A stretch of 64,000 bases of DNA, from positions 4,674-68,673 of the forward strand of contig DYHH01000001.1 in the NCBI GenBank assembly GCA_020724265.1. The letters run 5' to 3'. The DNA is from Melioribacter roseus. GTDB lineage: Bacteria; Bacteroidota; Ignavibacteria; Ignavibacteriales; Melioribacteraceae. A model generated the notes under the pieces. The model saw only the letters and a list, made by a program, of their open reading frames with translations, was not told the DNA's origin and made no database searches. Position numbers and translations under genes: made by a program. Positions 53,876 to 63,964 of the stretch are shown here, in pieces (positions within the stretch are counted from its first letter, which is position 1; every line of letters starts with the position of its first letter).

Positions 53876-56689
53876 TTGAACAAAAAATCCTTTCTATTTA
53901 TTTCGTTATTTCTATTAGCGGTTAATCTTACAACCGCTCAATTCTATTTCTTCGGAAGAAACAAAGTAACCTACGAAGATTTTGATTGGAAATTACTTAA
54001 AACAGAACATTTCGATATTTATTACAGCGGTGAATTTCTTGAAATTGCGGAAATAGGTGCTCAATATGCTGAAGAAGCATTCGATGAATATAAAGTTAAG
54101 TTCAATGATTATATAACCCGAAGAATCCCGCTGGTATTTTATAATACGCACATCCAGTTTCAGCAGACCAATATTGTCCCTTATTTTATTCCCGAAGGTG
54201 TGGGTGGATTTTTTGAGTTCCTCAAAGGGCGTGTTGTTATTCCATATATGGGATCTCTCGATAAATTCAGACATGTGATTAGACATGAACTTGTTCACGT
54301 TTTCATGACTTCAAAATTATATAACCTTCAATCCGATAGAAGAATTGCAGTAAAAAAAATGCCGCCTCTTTGGTTTGTAGAAGGATTAGCAGAATACTGG
54401 TCTTATCATTGGGATACTCAAGCCGAAATGATTTTACGCGATGCTGTTCTTAATAATTATTTTGTCCCGCTAAAAGATATGCTGAGAATCTACGGTTCAT
54501 TTTTAATGTATAAGGAAGGACAAAATTTCTTAATGTTTGTCGCCGAAGAATACGGTGAAGAAAAAATTCTTAAGTTTATGGAAAACATTTGGCGATTTTC
54601 AAAATTTGAAGATGTTATTGAGTATACTCTTGAGGAATCCATTGAAGAGATAGATGAAAAATGGACACATTCACTTAAACAAAAATATTATCCTCTTTAT
54701 TCCAACAAATTCCCGCACACGGTAAAATCAAAAAAAATTACTAAAGAAGGTTTCAACTTTTCTCCTGCGGTTTATCAAGATCAGTCAACAAAAGAAATTT
54801 ATTTTATAGGAAACCAAGACGGTTATGCTTCGGTTTTTAAAATAATATACGATGAGGAATCACATACATGGAGTGAATCTCAAAAAATAGTACAAGGAGA
54901 AAGAAGCGAAGTTTTTGAATCTTTTCATCTAATGGAATTATCATTAAGTGCGTCAAATGACGGAAAAGTTGTATTCGTATCAAAATCGGGTGGATCAGAT
55001 GCAATTCATATTTATTCTATAACTGAAAATGAAGTAATAAAAACATATAAATGGGATGATTTAATAACGATTAAGTCACCCTCTTTTTCCAACGATAATT
55101 CTAAAATTGTTTTTAATTCTACTGATAGCAAAGGTTACTCCGATATATTTATTCTCGATCTGAATGACGAGACAGTCGAAAGAATAACCAATGATTATTA
55201 TGACGATATTGACCCGATCTTTTCACAAAACGACAATTCAATAATTTTTTCTTCCGATAGAACGGAAGGATTATTCAAACAGACTTATAATTTATTTCAA
55301 TTTGATTTGGAAACTTATGAAATAGAATATTTAACTTATGTTGATGCCAACATAAAAACTCCGCATTTTACTCCGGATTTTGAATCGCTCTATTTTACTT
55401 CCGATTATGACGGAGTCTACAATATTTGGAAACTGGAAAAAGATTTTGACCATTCAGTAGGAATGAGCCAATATTCACAGTTTGTAACAAGTGTTTATAG
55501 TTTTGATTTCCTAAATAATTCGGAAGTTGTTACATCGGCATTCCAAAAATTCTCAATGCAATTCTATCAATTTGATTTATCCAACGTACCCGATTCAACC
55601 AAGAAATATGTCCATTTTAATTTTGCTCTGCGTGACAGACCATGGTACGCCAAGAAAATCGAACTTGAACCCGAATTCAAAGAAGTTGAATATGAAAAAG
55701 ATTATGCGCTCGATTATGCAGTGGGACAAGTAGCCGCGGGACCAAATTACGGCGAAAGAGCAGGTGCATTGATGACTTTAAGTGATATGCTTGGGGATGA
55801 TAGATATTATTTTATGTTTTATAATTCCGGTGAATTACATAGTGATATTTTTAGTAACATAAACATTGCATTGACAAGACTTAACGTCGGTAAAAGAACA
55901 AATTATGCATACGGTGTATTCCATTTCAGCGGTCCACGTTATGATATCCGAGTTTCGGATAACCGTTTTTACGAAAGAGTTTTCGGCGGATCGTTTAGTC
56001 TAATTTATCCACTATCTTTCTTTAATAGATTGGAAGTAAGTACAAGTCTGGCAAATTCCAGCAGAGAATTGCTTCCGGGCGTTTTCGGAAGGAAATCTTT
56101 ACAATTAACTAACTCGATTTCCTATGTTCATGATAACTCGTTGTGGGGTCCATCGGGACCAATTGACGGTGTCCGTTACCGCGCATTATTAGGTTATACA
56201 AGCGACATAAAATACAGCAACACTAATTACTTTACTGTTGTACTTGATTACCGGTATTATATGAGACTTGGTTTAAGAAGCGCATTAGCATTTAGAGGTT
56301 CACTATATTATAATGAAGGTAAAGATGCATTTAGATTTATCGGCGGAGGAAGTTGGGATTTGAGAGGTTGGCCCAGATGGGGAATCCGCGGTGAAAAATT
56401 ATGGTTATCTTCGGTAGAATTACGTTATCCGCTTATAGATGAATTGACAATTAAATTCCCGATTCTTGGTGTTAGTTTTTCACAGCTTAGAGGTGCGTTA
56501 TTTTTTGATGCCGGCGGTGCATGGGATGATGAATATAATGAAACTCTCGGTTCTATCGGAACCGGTATCCGTTTCAATTTCTTCAACGCTATTGTATTCC
56601 GATACGATATTGGTAAAAAAATAGAAAGAAATTTTACCAAGTTTCAAAAAACACTTTTCTATCAATTCTTCTTTGGCTGGGATTTTTAG
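53876..56689 (+). CDS. Multidomain outer-membrane protein: HExxH peptidase-MA-like domain + TolB/PD40-like propeller + Omp85 (surface antigen D15)-type barrel
   Basis: Signal peptide. HELVH is encoded at 54284..54298, followed by WFVEGLAEYW. PD40-like repeats (PSFSNDNSKIVFNS, DPIFSQNDNSIIFSSDR, PHFTPDFESLYFTSDYDG). C-terminal Omp85-type motifs (GGSWDLRGW...VELRYPL...GALFFDAGGAW...GTGIRFN...FRYDIG), ending in ...FFFGWDF. TTG start. Confidence 0.7.
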   Translation: MNKKSFLFISLFLLAVNLTTAQFYFFGRNKVTYEDFDWKLLKTEHFDIYYSGEFLEIAEIGAQYAEEAFDEYKVKFNDYITRRIPLVFYNTHIQFQQTNIVPYFIPEGVGGFFEFLKGRVVIPYMGSLDKFRHVIRHELVHVFMTSKLYNLQSDRRIAVKKMPPLWFVEGLAEYWSYHWDTQAEMILRDAVLNNYFVPLKDMLRIYGSFLMYKEGQNFLMFVAEEYGEEKILKFMENIWRFSKFEDVIEYTLEESIEEIDEKWTHSLKQKYYPLYSNKFPHTVKSKKITKEGFNFSPAVYQDQSTKEIYFIGNQDGYASVFKIIYDEESHTWSESQKIVQGERSEVFESFHLMELSLSASNDGKVVFVSKSGGSDAIHIYSITENEVIKTYKWDDLITIKSPSFSNDNSKIVFNSTDSKGYSDIFILDLNDETVERITNDYYDDIDPIFSQNDNSIIFSSDRTEGLFKQTYNLFQFDLETYEIEYLTYVDANIKTPHFTPDFESLYFTSDYDGVYNIWKLEKDFDHSVGMSQYSQFVTSVYSFDFLNNSEVVTSAFQKFSMQFYQFDLSNVPDSTKKYVHFNFALRDRPWYAKKIELEPEFKEVEYEKDYALDYAVGQVAAGPNYGERAGALMTLSDMLGDDRYYFMFYNSGELHSDIFSNINIALTRLNVGKRTNYAYGVFHFSGPRYDIRVSDNRFYERVFGGSFSLIYPLSFFNRLEVSTSLANSSRELLPGVFGRKSLQLTNSISYVHDNSLWGPSGPIDGVRYRALLGYTSDIKYSNTNYFTVVLDYRYYMRLGLRSALAFRGSLYYNEGKDAFRFIGGGSWDLRGWPRWGIRGEKLWLSSVELRYPLIDELTIKFPILGVSFSQLRGALFFDAGGAWDDEYNETLGSIGTGIRFNFFNAIVFRYDIGKKIERNFTKFQKTLFYQFFFGWDF

Positions 56690-57831
56690 TGAAAAAAATA
56701 TTTTACATAGTGTTATTTATTTTCTTTCTTCACGGGTGTACTAAACAATTATTGATTAAGAATTATCCTTACGGACTGGAATCGTATCCTATGTTTGGTC
56801 AAATTCCAGAACGCTCTTTTTATTATCCGATTGATTTCCCCGATTCTCTTGAATTACTTTGGAATAAAAGTACAACGGGAAGTTTTTCAAACAATTCCGT
56901 TGTGATTGAAGGCAATTATGTTTTCACATCTGACCTTGCTGGCAACATATTTTGTTTTGATACTGATGAAGGAAAAGTTATTGGTGCCGACAAAGGTAAA
57001 GGCGAAATTGCTATCTCTCCTATTCTAAATTATGGAATTATGTTTTATATAATCACCGTTCCAAATAAACCTCATTCACTATTAATAAGTTACGATATAA
57101 GAAAAGGAGAGAGAATTAAAGAGATCGAAATTAAAGGTCGAGTCAGTAATGAAATGATCAAACTACAGGATTCATTTGTCTTTGTATCGGATAACGGAGT
57201 TGTTTACAAGTATAGTTATTTAATGCAAATGATATGGAAACTTGATATAAAAAGTAAAGTAGCATCATCACCTGCAGCTTTAGGAGACAGACTATACTTA
57301 GTTACTTATGAAGGTGATTTTGTATGTATTAATTTGGAGAAGGGGAGTGTTAACTATAAAGAAAGTCTAAACAGTAACTTTGAATCTGCTTTGGTCTTAA
57401 CAAATAAATGCGGATTTATTGGCGATGAAAATGGAACACTATTCGCGGTTAATCTAAAAGATGGAAGTATAAAATGGACAGCGGAAACGAACACCAAAAT
57501 TAAGGCACCGTCTGTTCATAATAGCAAATTAGTTTACACGGCAAATTTGGGCGGTTCCGTTTTCGCATTCGATATTGAAACCGGTGAAAAGAAATGGTCA
57601 TATAATTCCGACGGTCTTTTCAATGCACCGGCGGCATTATTTAATAATATTTTAATTCAACCCGATGTTAACCGTAAACTAATTTTCTTAAATCCGTTTA
57701 CAGGTGAATTATTAAAAACTATGGAATTTGATTCACGAGTGAAAATGCATCCGGCTTATTTTAATAATATTCTTTACGTCGGAATTGATAGAGGTGAATT
57801 ATTAGCTTATAAACTAATATTTGAATACTAA
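56689..57831 (+). CDS. PQQ-like beta-propeller lipoprotein (BamB-like)
   Basis: Lipobox FLHGC. Repeated strand patterns (GNIFCFDTDEGKVIG; GDFVCINLEKGSV; GTLFAVNLKDGSIKW; GSVFAFDIETGEKKW) typical of PQQ/BamB propellers. GTG start overlaps the upstream stop by 1 nt. Confidence 0.7.
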   Translation: MKKIFYIVLFIFFLHGCTKQLLIKNYPYGLESYPMFGQIPERSFYYPIDFPDSLELLWNKSTTGSFSNNSVVIEGNYVFTSDLAGNIFCFDTDEGKVIGADKGKGEIAISPILNYGIMFYIITVPNKPHSLLISYDIRKGERIKEIEIKGRVSNEMIKLQDSFVFVSDNGVVYKYSYLMQMIWKLDIKSKVASSPAALGDRLYLVTYEGDFVCINLEKGSVNYKESLNSNFESALVLTNKCGFIGDENGTLFAVNLKDGSIKWTAETNTKIKAPSVHNSKLVYTANLGGSVFAFDIETGEKKWSYNSDGLFNAPAALFNNILIQPDVNRKLIFLNPFTGELLKTMEFDSRVKMHPAYFNNILYVGIDRGELLAYKLIFEY

Positions 57832-58556
57832 TGAGATCGTACATAAAAAAAATATTTGCTTTGATATTTGCTTTGGCTCTTATTTCACTTGCTCAAGATG
57901 ATTGTAAGTCCACTGTAACAATTATTACAAATAATGAAGAAGCAAATATTTTTGTTAATGATAGTTTGGTTGCCTTTGGAAACACAACGTTGGAAGTGAA
58001 ACCCGGTTATTATGAAATTGCAATTATTGAATCAATTTCTAAATGGGGAATTGATGTATTTAATGATTCGTTAACCATAAAAGAATGTAATGATACAATT
58101 GAATTAACATATAATTTTGAAAATAGAACTTTGTTAAAATCCGTGCCCGATGCTGCAGTTATTTATAAAGATACATTAATCGGTTACACACCTATATTAA
58201 TCCCTCTGAAATATGAAAACCTATCAATTGAGAAAAGAAATTATCGGAGACAAAATATTTCTTTACCTTCGGTTACCCAATCGCCAAGAATAACTCTTGA
58301 TTATATAGGCAAAGAAAATAAACAGCCGTTTATAGAAACAACCTTATTCAAAGTATTGATAGGGAGTGCACTAGTCTTAGGCTCAACTGCGGCTTACTTT
58401 AAATTGGAGGCAGATAAAAATTTCGATAAATACACCGAAACTCGTAATAGAGAATTTCTTGATCAAACCGATAAATATGATCTTTACAGCGGTTTAGCTT
58501 TCGGAGCATTGCAATTAAATCTTGGTGCGTTGTTGTATTATTTTCTATTTGAATAA
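57831..58556 (+). CDS. Secreted/membrane-anchored protein with two PEGA-like domains
   Basis: Signal peptide. PEGA-like segments (ANIFVNDSLVAFGNTTLEVKPGYYEIAI; AVIYKDTLIGYTPILIPLKYENLSIEKRNY). Two C-terminal hydrophobic helices. ATG overlaps the upstream stop (TAATG). Confidence 0.55.
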   Translation: MRSYIKKIFALIFALALISLAQDDCKSTVTIITNNEEANIFVNDSLVAFGNTTLEVKPGYYEIAIIESISKWGIDVFNDSLTIKECNDTIELTYNFENRTLLKSVPDAAVIYKDTLIGYTPILIPLKYENLSIEKRNYRRQNISLPSVTQSPRITLDYIGKENKQPFIETTLFKVLIGSALVLGSTAAYFKLEADKNFDKYTETRNREFLDQTDKYDLYSGLAFGALQLNLGALLYYFLFE

Positions 58557-58568
58557 GAGTTATAGTTT

Positions 58569-61349
58569 CTAATGCGCATCTAGCCAATTATCGCCAACTC
58601 CGGTATCGACTACAACCGGGACTTGCAATGGTAGCGCCTCTTCCATTAATTTTTTAACAAGCGGAATCAGATCATCAATTTCATCTTTGTGAGCATCGAA
58701 TAATAATTCGTCATGGACTTGTAAAACCATTTTGGAATTTAACTTTTGTTTAATTAATTCACGATGTATATTAATCATAGCCAACTTTATCATGTCTGCG
58801 GCGGTTCCTTGGATGGGCATGTTGATTGCAACACGTTCTTCAAATTGTTTTACTACACGATTACTGCTATTAATGTTTCTTAAATATCTTCTTCTTCCGA
58901 GCAAAGTTTCGGCATAACCTTTTTCTTGTGCGAATTTAATCGAATCGTCCATGAACTTTTTCACATTTTTGAATGTCCCGAAATATGTATCAATTATTTC
59001 TTTAGCATGAGTTTGTGTTATACCTAATCTATTCTTCAATCCGAATGGTCCGATACCATATAGGATTCCGAAATTAACTTCTTTAGCTTTTCTTCTCATG
59101 TCGGGAGTAACATCATTCGGATCAACCATAAAAACTAATGCTGCGGTTCTTCTATGAATGTCTTCATTATTCTTAAACGCTTCCATTAAATTTTTGTCAC
59201 TACATATACTTGCCATTATTCGCAGTTCGATTTGACTGTAATCCGCGCTGAATATTACATGATCTTTATCTCTTGGAACAAACGCTTTTCTTATTTCCTT
59301 ACCAAGCTGAGTTCTGATAGGAATGTTTTGCAAGTTCGGATCCAAACTTGACAATCTTCCCGTTGATGCAACAGTTTGATTAAATGTTGTATGTACTCTG
59401 CCCGTTTTCTTATTGATTAGTTTTGGAAGTGCATCTGCATAAGTGGATTTAAGTTTTGCAACTTGCCGGTATTCTAAAATAATATCGATAATCGGATGTT
59501 CACCTTTTAGGGACTCCAATGAACGTGCATCGGTTGAATAACCGGTTTTTGTTTTCTTTGTTTGTGTGAGTTTTAATTTATCGAATAAAACTTTTTGCAA
59601 TTGCTGTGTGGAGTTTACATTAAATTGTTCACCGGCATGTTTGTAAATTTCATTCGTGTAATTGTCCATCAATATTTCTAAATCTTTGCTGAATGCATTT
59701 AAACTTTTTATATCAATTTTAATACCGCTTCTTTCCATGTCTTCTAACACTTCTACAAGTGGAAATTCTACTTCGTAAGCGAGCTTTTCAAGTCCATCTT
59801 TGTTTAATTCTTTTTTGAATATATCATAAAGTCGATAAGTAATATCCGCATCTTCTGCAGCATAGTCGGATAACTTTTGTAAATCAACATCAAATATTTT
59901 CTCTGCTGATTTCTTAGTACCGATTAATTCTGAAAGAGGAATAGGGGAGTAATTAAGATATTTCTTGGCAAGATCATCCATCCCATGCTTTTGGTCAGGA
60001 TCAAGAATATAACTTGCAAGCATTGTATCGAAGTAGAAATTCTTTACTTCAATATTGTGTGTTCGTAACACGGCAATATCGTATTTACCGTTCTGACAGA
60101 CTTTTTTAATTTTTTCATTTTCGAAAACGGGTTTAAAATATTTAGAGAAATCACTTTGACTAATTCTATCGCTTAAATCGGCATCAAACAATTGCGATGA
60201 TTCTTTTGAAGGATTAATCGGTATAAAAAACGCTTCGCATTTTTTTATAGCAAAAGAACATCCGGCAAGATTTACATTCAATGTATCAAGTGAATCTGTT
60301 TCGGTATCGAAAACTATTAACTCTGAATTACTTAATTTCTCTTCGAGTTTTTTCATTTCATCTATTGAATTTACAAGATGATATTTGACTTTGTTCTTAT
60401 CGAATATTGTTTCCTCTTCCGACGTTAATTCTTCAAAGTTTTCCGGGATTTCTTTCTCTGCTTTCTTACCGAATATTCTTATAAGTTTATTACCGAATGA
60501 TTTGAATTCAAGTTCAACAAATAGTTTGGTTAATGCTTCGTAATTTGGTTCTGAGAACTTGGCATCTTCTATATTAAATTCAAAATCTACATCAGTTACA
60601 ATTGTTGCAAGTTCTTTTGATAAAAATGCATTCTCTTTACCTTCTTCCAATTTCTTCTTTACACCGGCTTTTTCGATCTTATCAATATTATTATAAATAT
60701 TTTCTATACTACCAAATTGCTCGATTAACGGTTGAGCTGTTTTGGGACCAATACCGGCAACACCGGGAATATCATCACTCGAATCACCAACTAATGCCAA
60801 AAAATCAATCATCTGTTTTGGTTCGAAACCGTACTCTTCTTTAACTTTTTGTTTATCTATTATTACAATCTCATCGGTTGATTTACCGGGTTTTACTACT
60901 TTTATATCATCCGTAATTAATTGGATGTAATCTTTATCGGGAGTGATAGCAAATGATTCCAAACCATTTTCGGCTGCTATTTTAACAGCAGTACCGATTA
61001 AATCGTCTGCTTCAAATCCCGGTTTAATATACAAGGGCATACCGAATGCTTCTATCACTTCTTTAATTCTTTTTATTTGTGGTATCATATCTTCAGGCAT
61101 ATCTTCTCGTGTAGATTTATACTTCTCATAACGCTCGTGACGAAAAGTCTTTTCTTTTGAATCAGAAGCTACAGCAATGTAATCCGGGGTTGTGTCTTCA
61201 ATAATTTTAAATACTTGATTTATAAATCCGTAAACAGCAGATGTCGGTTCACCCGATTTTGTTTTGAGAGGTCTATTTATAAAAGCGAAATAAGCTTTAT
61301 AAGCAAGAGCCATAGCATCAATAATTACGAAAGTTTTCTTTTTTGCCAT
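58569..61349 (-). CDS. polA: DNA polymerase I
   Basis: 926 aa with a 5'-nuclease domain (DAMALAYKAYFA...GFEADDLIG), a 3'-5' exonuclease domain (FDTETDSL) and a polymerase domain (DYSQIELRI, RRKAKEVNFGILYG, QVHDEL). Confidence 0.95.
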   Translation of the reverse strand: MAKKKTFVIIDAMALAYKAYFAFINRPLKTKSGEPTSAVYGFINQVFKIIEDTTPDYIAVASDSKEKTFRHERYEKYKSTREDMPEDMIPQIKRIKEVIEAFGMPLYIKPGFEADDLIGTAVKIAAENGLESFAITPDKDYIQLITDDIKVVKPGKSTDEIVIIDKQKVKEEYGFEPKQMIDFLALVGDSSDDIPGVAGIGPKTAQPLIEQFGSIENIYNNIDKIEKAGVKKKLEEGKENAFLSKELATIVTDVDFEFNIEDAKFSEPNYEALTKLFVELEFKSFGNKLIRIFGKKAEKEIPENFEELTSEEETIFDKNKVKYHLVNSIDEMKKLEEKLSNSELIVFDTETDSLDTLNVNLAGCSFAIKKCEAFFIPINPSKESSQLFDADLSDRISQSDFSKYFKPVFENEKIKKVCQNGKYDIAVLRTHNIEVKNFYFDTMLASYILDPDQKHGMDDLAKKYLNYSPIPLSELIGTKKSAEKIFDVDLQKLSDYAAEDADITYRLYDIFKKELNKDGLEKLAYEVEFPLVEVLEDMERSGIKIDIKSLNAFSKDLEILMDNYTNEIYKHAGEQFNVNSTQQLQKVLFDKLKLTQTKKTKTGYSTDARSLESLKGEHPIIDIILEYRQVAKLKSTYADALPKLINKKTGRVHTTFNQTVASTGRLSSLDPNLQNIPIRTQLGKEIRKAFVPRDKDHVIFSADYSQIELRIMASICSDKNLMEAFKNNEDIHRRTAALVFMVDPNDVTPDMRRKAKEVNFGILYGIGPFGLKNRLGITQTHAKEIIDTYFGTFKNVKKFMDDSIKFAQEKGYAETLLGRRRYLRNINSSNRVVKQFEERVAINMPIQGTAADMIKLAMINIHRELIKQKLNSKMVLQVHDELLFDAHKDEIDDLIPLVKKLMEEALPLQVPVVVDTGVGDNWLDAH

Positions 61350-61440
61350 ATTTTTTTTATTCTGATTAATCTTTAGTATGTTATTTATTATTTTTCAATA
61401 TACTTAAAAGTGATTTTATTTACTAAGTCTTACTTTACTT

Positions 61441-62445
61441 ATGAAATATATTTTTTATATAACAATAATTCTCACCTCTTTTACTTATACTTTTGCTAGG
61501 GTAAGTGATACAATTTACGTTGCTTCATGGAACGTTGAAAATTTATTCGATAACATAGACGACCCCGATAAAAATGATGAAGATTTTCTTGAGTCGGGTA
61601 ATAAAAAATGGACTAACGAACGAATTTTCAACAAGATGAAAAATTTAGCCGATGTTATTTCCTTTATGAATGATAAGAAGGGACCCGATATTCTCGGATT
61701 GATAGAAATAGAACATAAATACTTAGTCGAAAAACTAATTGTAAATTTCCTGCCAAACAGAAATTACCATGTAGTTGGATATGATTCACCCGATGCAAGA
61801 GGAATAGATAATTATTTAATGTACGACGAAGATATTTTTGAACTTATCGAATACAATAAAATTCCGATTATATTTTTTAATGAAGAATATACTACACGTG
61901 ACATATTGCATGTTTCGCTTGGTTTCAAAACAGAAATTATTGATGTATTTGTAAATCATTGGCCTTCACGAAGAGGAGGTGAAGAGCGCTCAAACCCGAG
62001 AAGAATTAATGCCGCTTCAACTTTGAAAAGATATGTTGATTCATTGTCAATATTTCGTGAGAGAAATAATATTATAATAGTCGGTGATTTTAATGATGAG
62101 CCGGATAATTATTCTCTTAAAAATATTCTTGAGGCAAAGAAAATTCATGAACCTTTAGCTGGATTAATTAATCTTTCATGGGAAATGTTTGAAGAGGGAA
62201 TCGGTACACACCTTTATAATAATGAATTCAATATGCTTGACCAAATTATTATTTCAAACGGATTTTTCGATAAAGCAGGTATCGAATACGTTGATAATTC
62301 TTTTAAAATAGTAAGCGATGATTTTTTCACCCATACTGAAGGAAAGAAAAAAGGTTCAATCATACCATCATTTGAAGGTGGTAAATATATCGGTGGTTTT
62401 GCCGATCATTTACCCGTTGCAGCAAGATTTTTTATCGTTAAGTGA
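61441..62445 (+). CDS. Endonuclease/exonuclease/phosphatase (EEP) family protein, secreted
   Basis: Signal peptide. EEP motifs SWNVENLFD, GLIEIE, VNHWPSR, VGDFND, DQII and SDH-like ADHLPV. Confidence 0.8.
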   Translation: MKYIFYITIILTSFTYTFARVSDTIYVASWNVENLFDNIDDPDKNDEDFLESGNKKWTNERIFNKMKNLADVISFMNDKKGPDILGLIEIEHKYLVEKLIVNFLPNRNYHVVGYDSPDARGIDNYLMYDEDIFELIEYNKIPIIFFNEEYTTRDILHVSLGFKTEIIDVFVNHWPSRRGGEERSNPRRINAASTLKRYVDSLSIFRERNNIIIVGDFNDEPDNYSLKNILEAKKIHEPLAGLINLSWEMFEEGIGTHLYNNEFNMLDQIIISNGFFDKAGIEYVDNSFKIVSDDFFTHTEGKKKGSIIPSFEGGKYIGGFADHLPVAARFFIVK

Positions 62446-62452
62446 GGTTTAT

Positions 62453-63133
62453 ATGAAAAAAATACTTTTGGTTTTCGGAGCAGGAGGTAATCTTGGTAAA
62501 GGTGTTATAAATTATCTTCTAAATAAAGATTATGAAAAAGCTTATTTGTTTGATTCGAAAGAAATATCCATAACAGGTAATAATATTAAATTTATTCAAA
62601 CCGGCGATTTATCAATTGAAGAAAATGTTAAAAAGGTATTTAACAAAATAGAAATTGATACTGATACTCAATATTTTCTTTTTAGTACAATTGGCGGTTT
62701 TGCCGGAGGAAAAATTATTGCTGAATACGATTATGAGGAATGGCAAAAAATGCTCAATCTAAATCTTAATATTTCATTCCTTCTTGCAAAGCACTTTTCT
62801 TTGATTTGCCAAAGTTCCAAAGGAGGAGCAATTTGTTTTACGAGTGCACTAACTGCATTTTCACCGGCTCCAGAAAAATCAGCTTACGGTCTATCGAAAA
62901 ATGCATTGAATTATCTCGTGAAAACCCTTTCTAAGGAAGGCAGAAAATATAATCTTTCTGTTAATGCTATTGCTCCGAATATTCTAGATACAGAAGAAAA
63001 TAGGGAATGGGTTAAAAATAGTTCCGATATGGTAAATAGCAAGAATATTAGTAAGTTAGTACACGATATTTTTGAAAATAGTAGAATTCTGACAGGAAAT
63101 ATTTTAGAATTGCCTTTTACATTAAATCAATAA
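62453..63133 (+). CDS. SDR-family oxidoreductase (short-chain dehydrogenase/reductase)
   Basis: Rossmann motif VFGAGGNLGKG and catalytic YGLSK (YxxxK). The ATG at 62453 follows GAGG and starts MKKILLVFGAGG. The ORF-track start 62318 overlaps the EEP gene. Confidence 0.8.
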   Translation: MKKILLVFGAGGNLGKGVINYLLNKDYEKAYLFDSKEISITGNNIKFIQTGDLSIEENVKKVFNKIEIDTDTQYFLFSTIGGFAGGKIIAEYDYEEWQKMLNLNLNISFLLAKHFSLICQSSKGGAICFTSALTAFSPAPEKSAYGLSKNALNYLVKTLSKEGRKYNLSVNAIAPNILDTEENREWVKNSSDMVNSKNISKLVHDIFENSRILTGNILELPFTLNQ

Positions 63134-63162
63134 AAAAGACATCTGCGTTGAAAAATAATTTA

Positions 63163-63191
63163 TTGACTTTTTTTTGTTAAAACCGTAATGT
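63163..63191 (+). promoter_or_regulatory. Candidate sigma70-like promoter (TTGACT-17 nt-TAATGT) upstream of the exbB/tolQ-like gene
   Basis: TTGACT at 63163..63168, a 17-nt spacer, then TAATGT at 63186..63191, about 70 nt before the ATG. Motif match only. Confidence 0.3.
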
Positions 63192-63261
63192 TAGAACAGT
63201 ATTTTTATCGAATAAAGTTTATAAACCAACAACAATTAAATAATTTCGGAGGTTATTTCAC

Positions 63262-63951
63262 ATGCAATTTTCAGAGATATTAGGATTTGTATCCTATGTT
63301 ATTGCACAAGCTCAAGATACCGGTGTCCTCACTTACTTACAAGAAAAGTTTGTTGAGGGTGGTGGTTTTATGTGGCCGATTCTTGGTTGCTTAGTATTAG
63401 GACTAGGATTTTCATTTGAAAGAATTTATACACTTTCACGGGCAACAATGAACACAAAAAAGTTTATTGTTCAAGTTAAAGATGCATTAACTAAAGAAGG
63501 CGTTCAAGGTGCAATGAAAGTTTGCGAAAATACACGCGGTTCAATTGCGTCGGTATTTCACGCCGGTTTATTAAGAGCTGATGAAGGTATTGAAGCTTCC
63601 GAAAAAGCTATTATGGCTTATGGTGCAATCGAAATGGGATTTCTTGAAAGAGGACTCATTTGGATTTCAACCTTTATTACAATTGCTCCTATGCTTGGAT
63701 TTACCGGTACGGTATTCGGTATGATCGAAGCTTTCGATGCTATTAAAGAAGCTGCTCAGCTTTCACCTGCAGTTGTTGCCGGTGGTATTTCTATTGCGTT
63801 GCTTACAACCTTGTTCGGTTTGATTGTTGCTATTATTCTTCAAGTATTCTATAACTATTTTGTTGCACGAATTGACAAATTAGTAGCTGATATGGAAGAA
63901 AGCTCGATTGAATTAATCGATGCTCTTTATGAAATGCAAAAAGGAAAATAA
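63262..63951 (+). CDS. MotA/TolQ/ExbB proton-channel family protein
   Basis: Three TM helices and the conserved C-terminal segment APMLGFTGTVFGMIEAF...VAGGISIALLTTLFGLIVAI. Confidence 0.88.
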   Translation: MQFSEILGFVSYVIAQAQDTGVLTYLQEKFVEGGGFMWPILGCLVLGLGFSFERIYTLSRATMNTKKFIVQVKDALTKEGVQGAMKVCENTRGSIASVFHAGLLRADEGIEASEKAIMAYGAIEMGFLERGLIWISTFITIAPMLGFTGTVFGMIEAFDAIKEAAQLSPAVVAGGISIALLTTLFGLIVAIILQVFYNYFVARIDKLVADMEESSIELIDALYEMQKGK

Positions 63952-63964
63952 ACGGTAAACAACT

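Noticed and set aside
62318-62452. The upstream extension of the SDR ORF overlapping the EEP gene.
   Set aside because: The Rossmann motif begins right after the ATG at 62453 (MKKILLVFGAGG), which is preceded by GAGG. The extension is simply an open frame inside the EEP gene.
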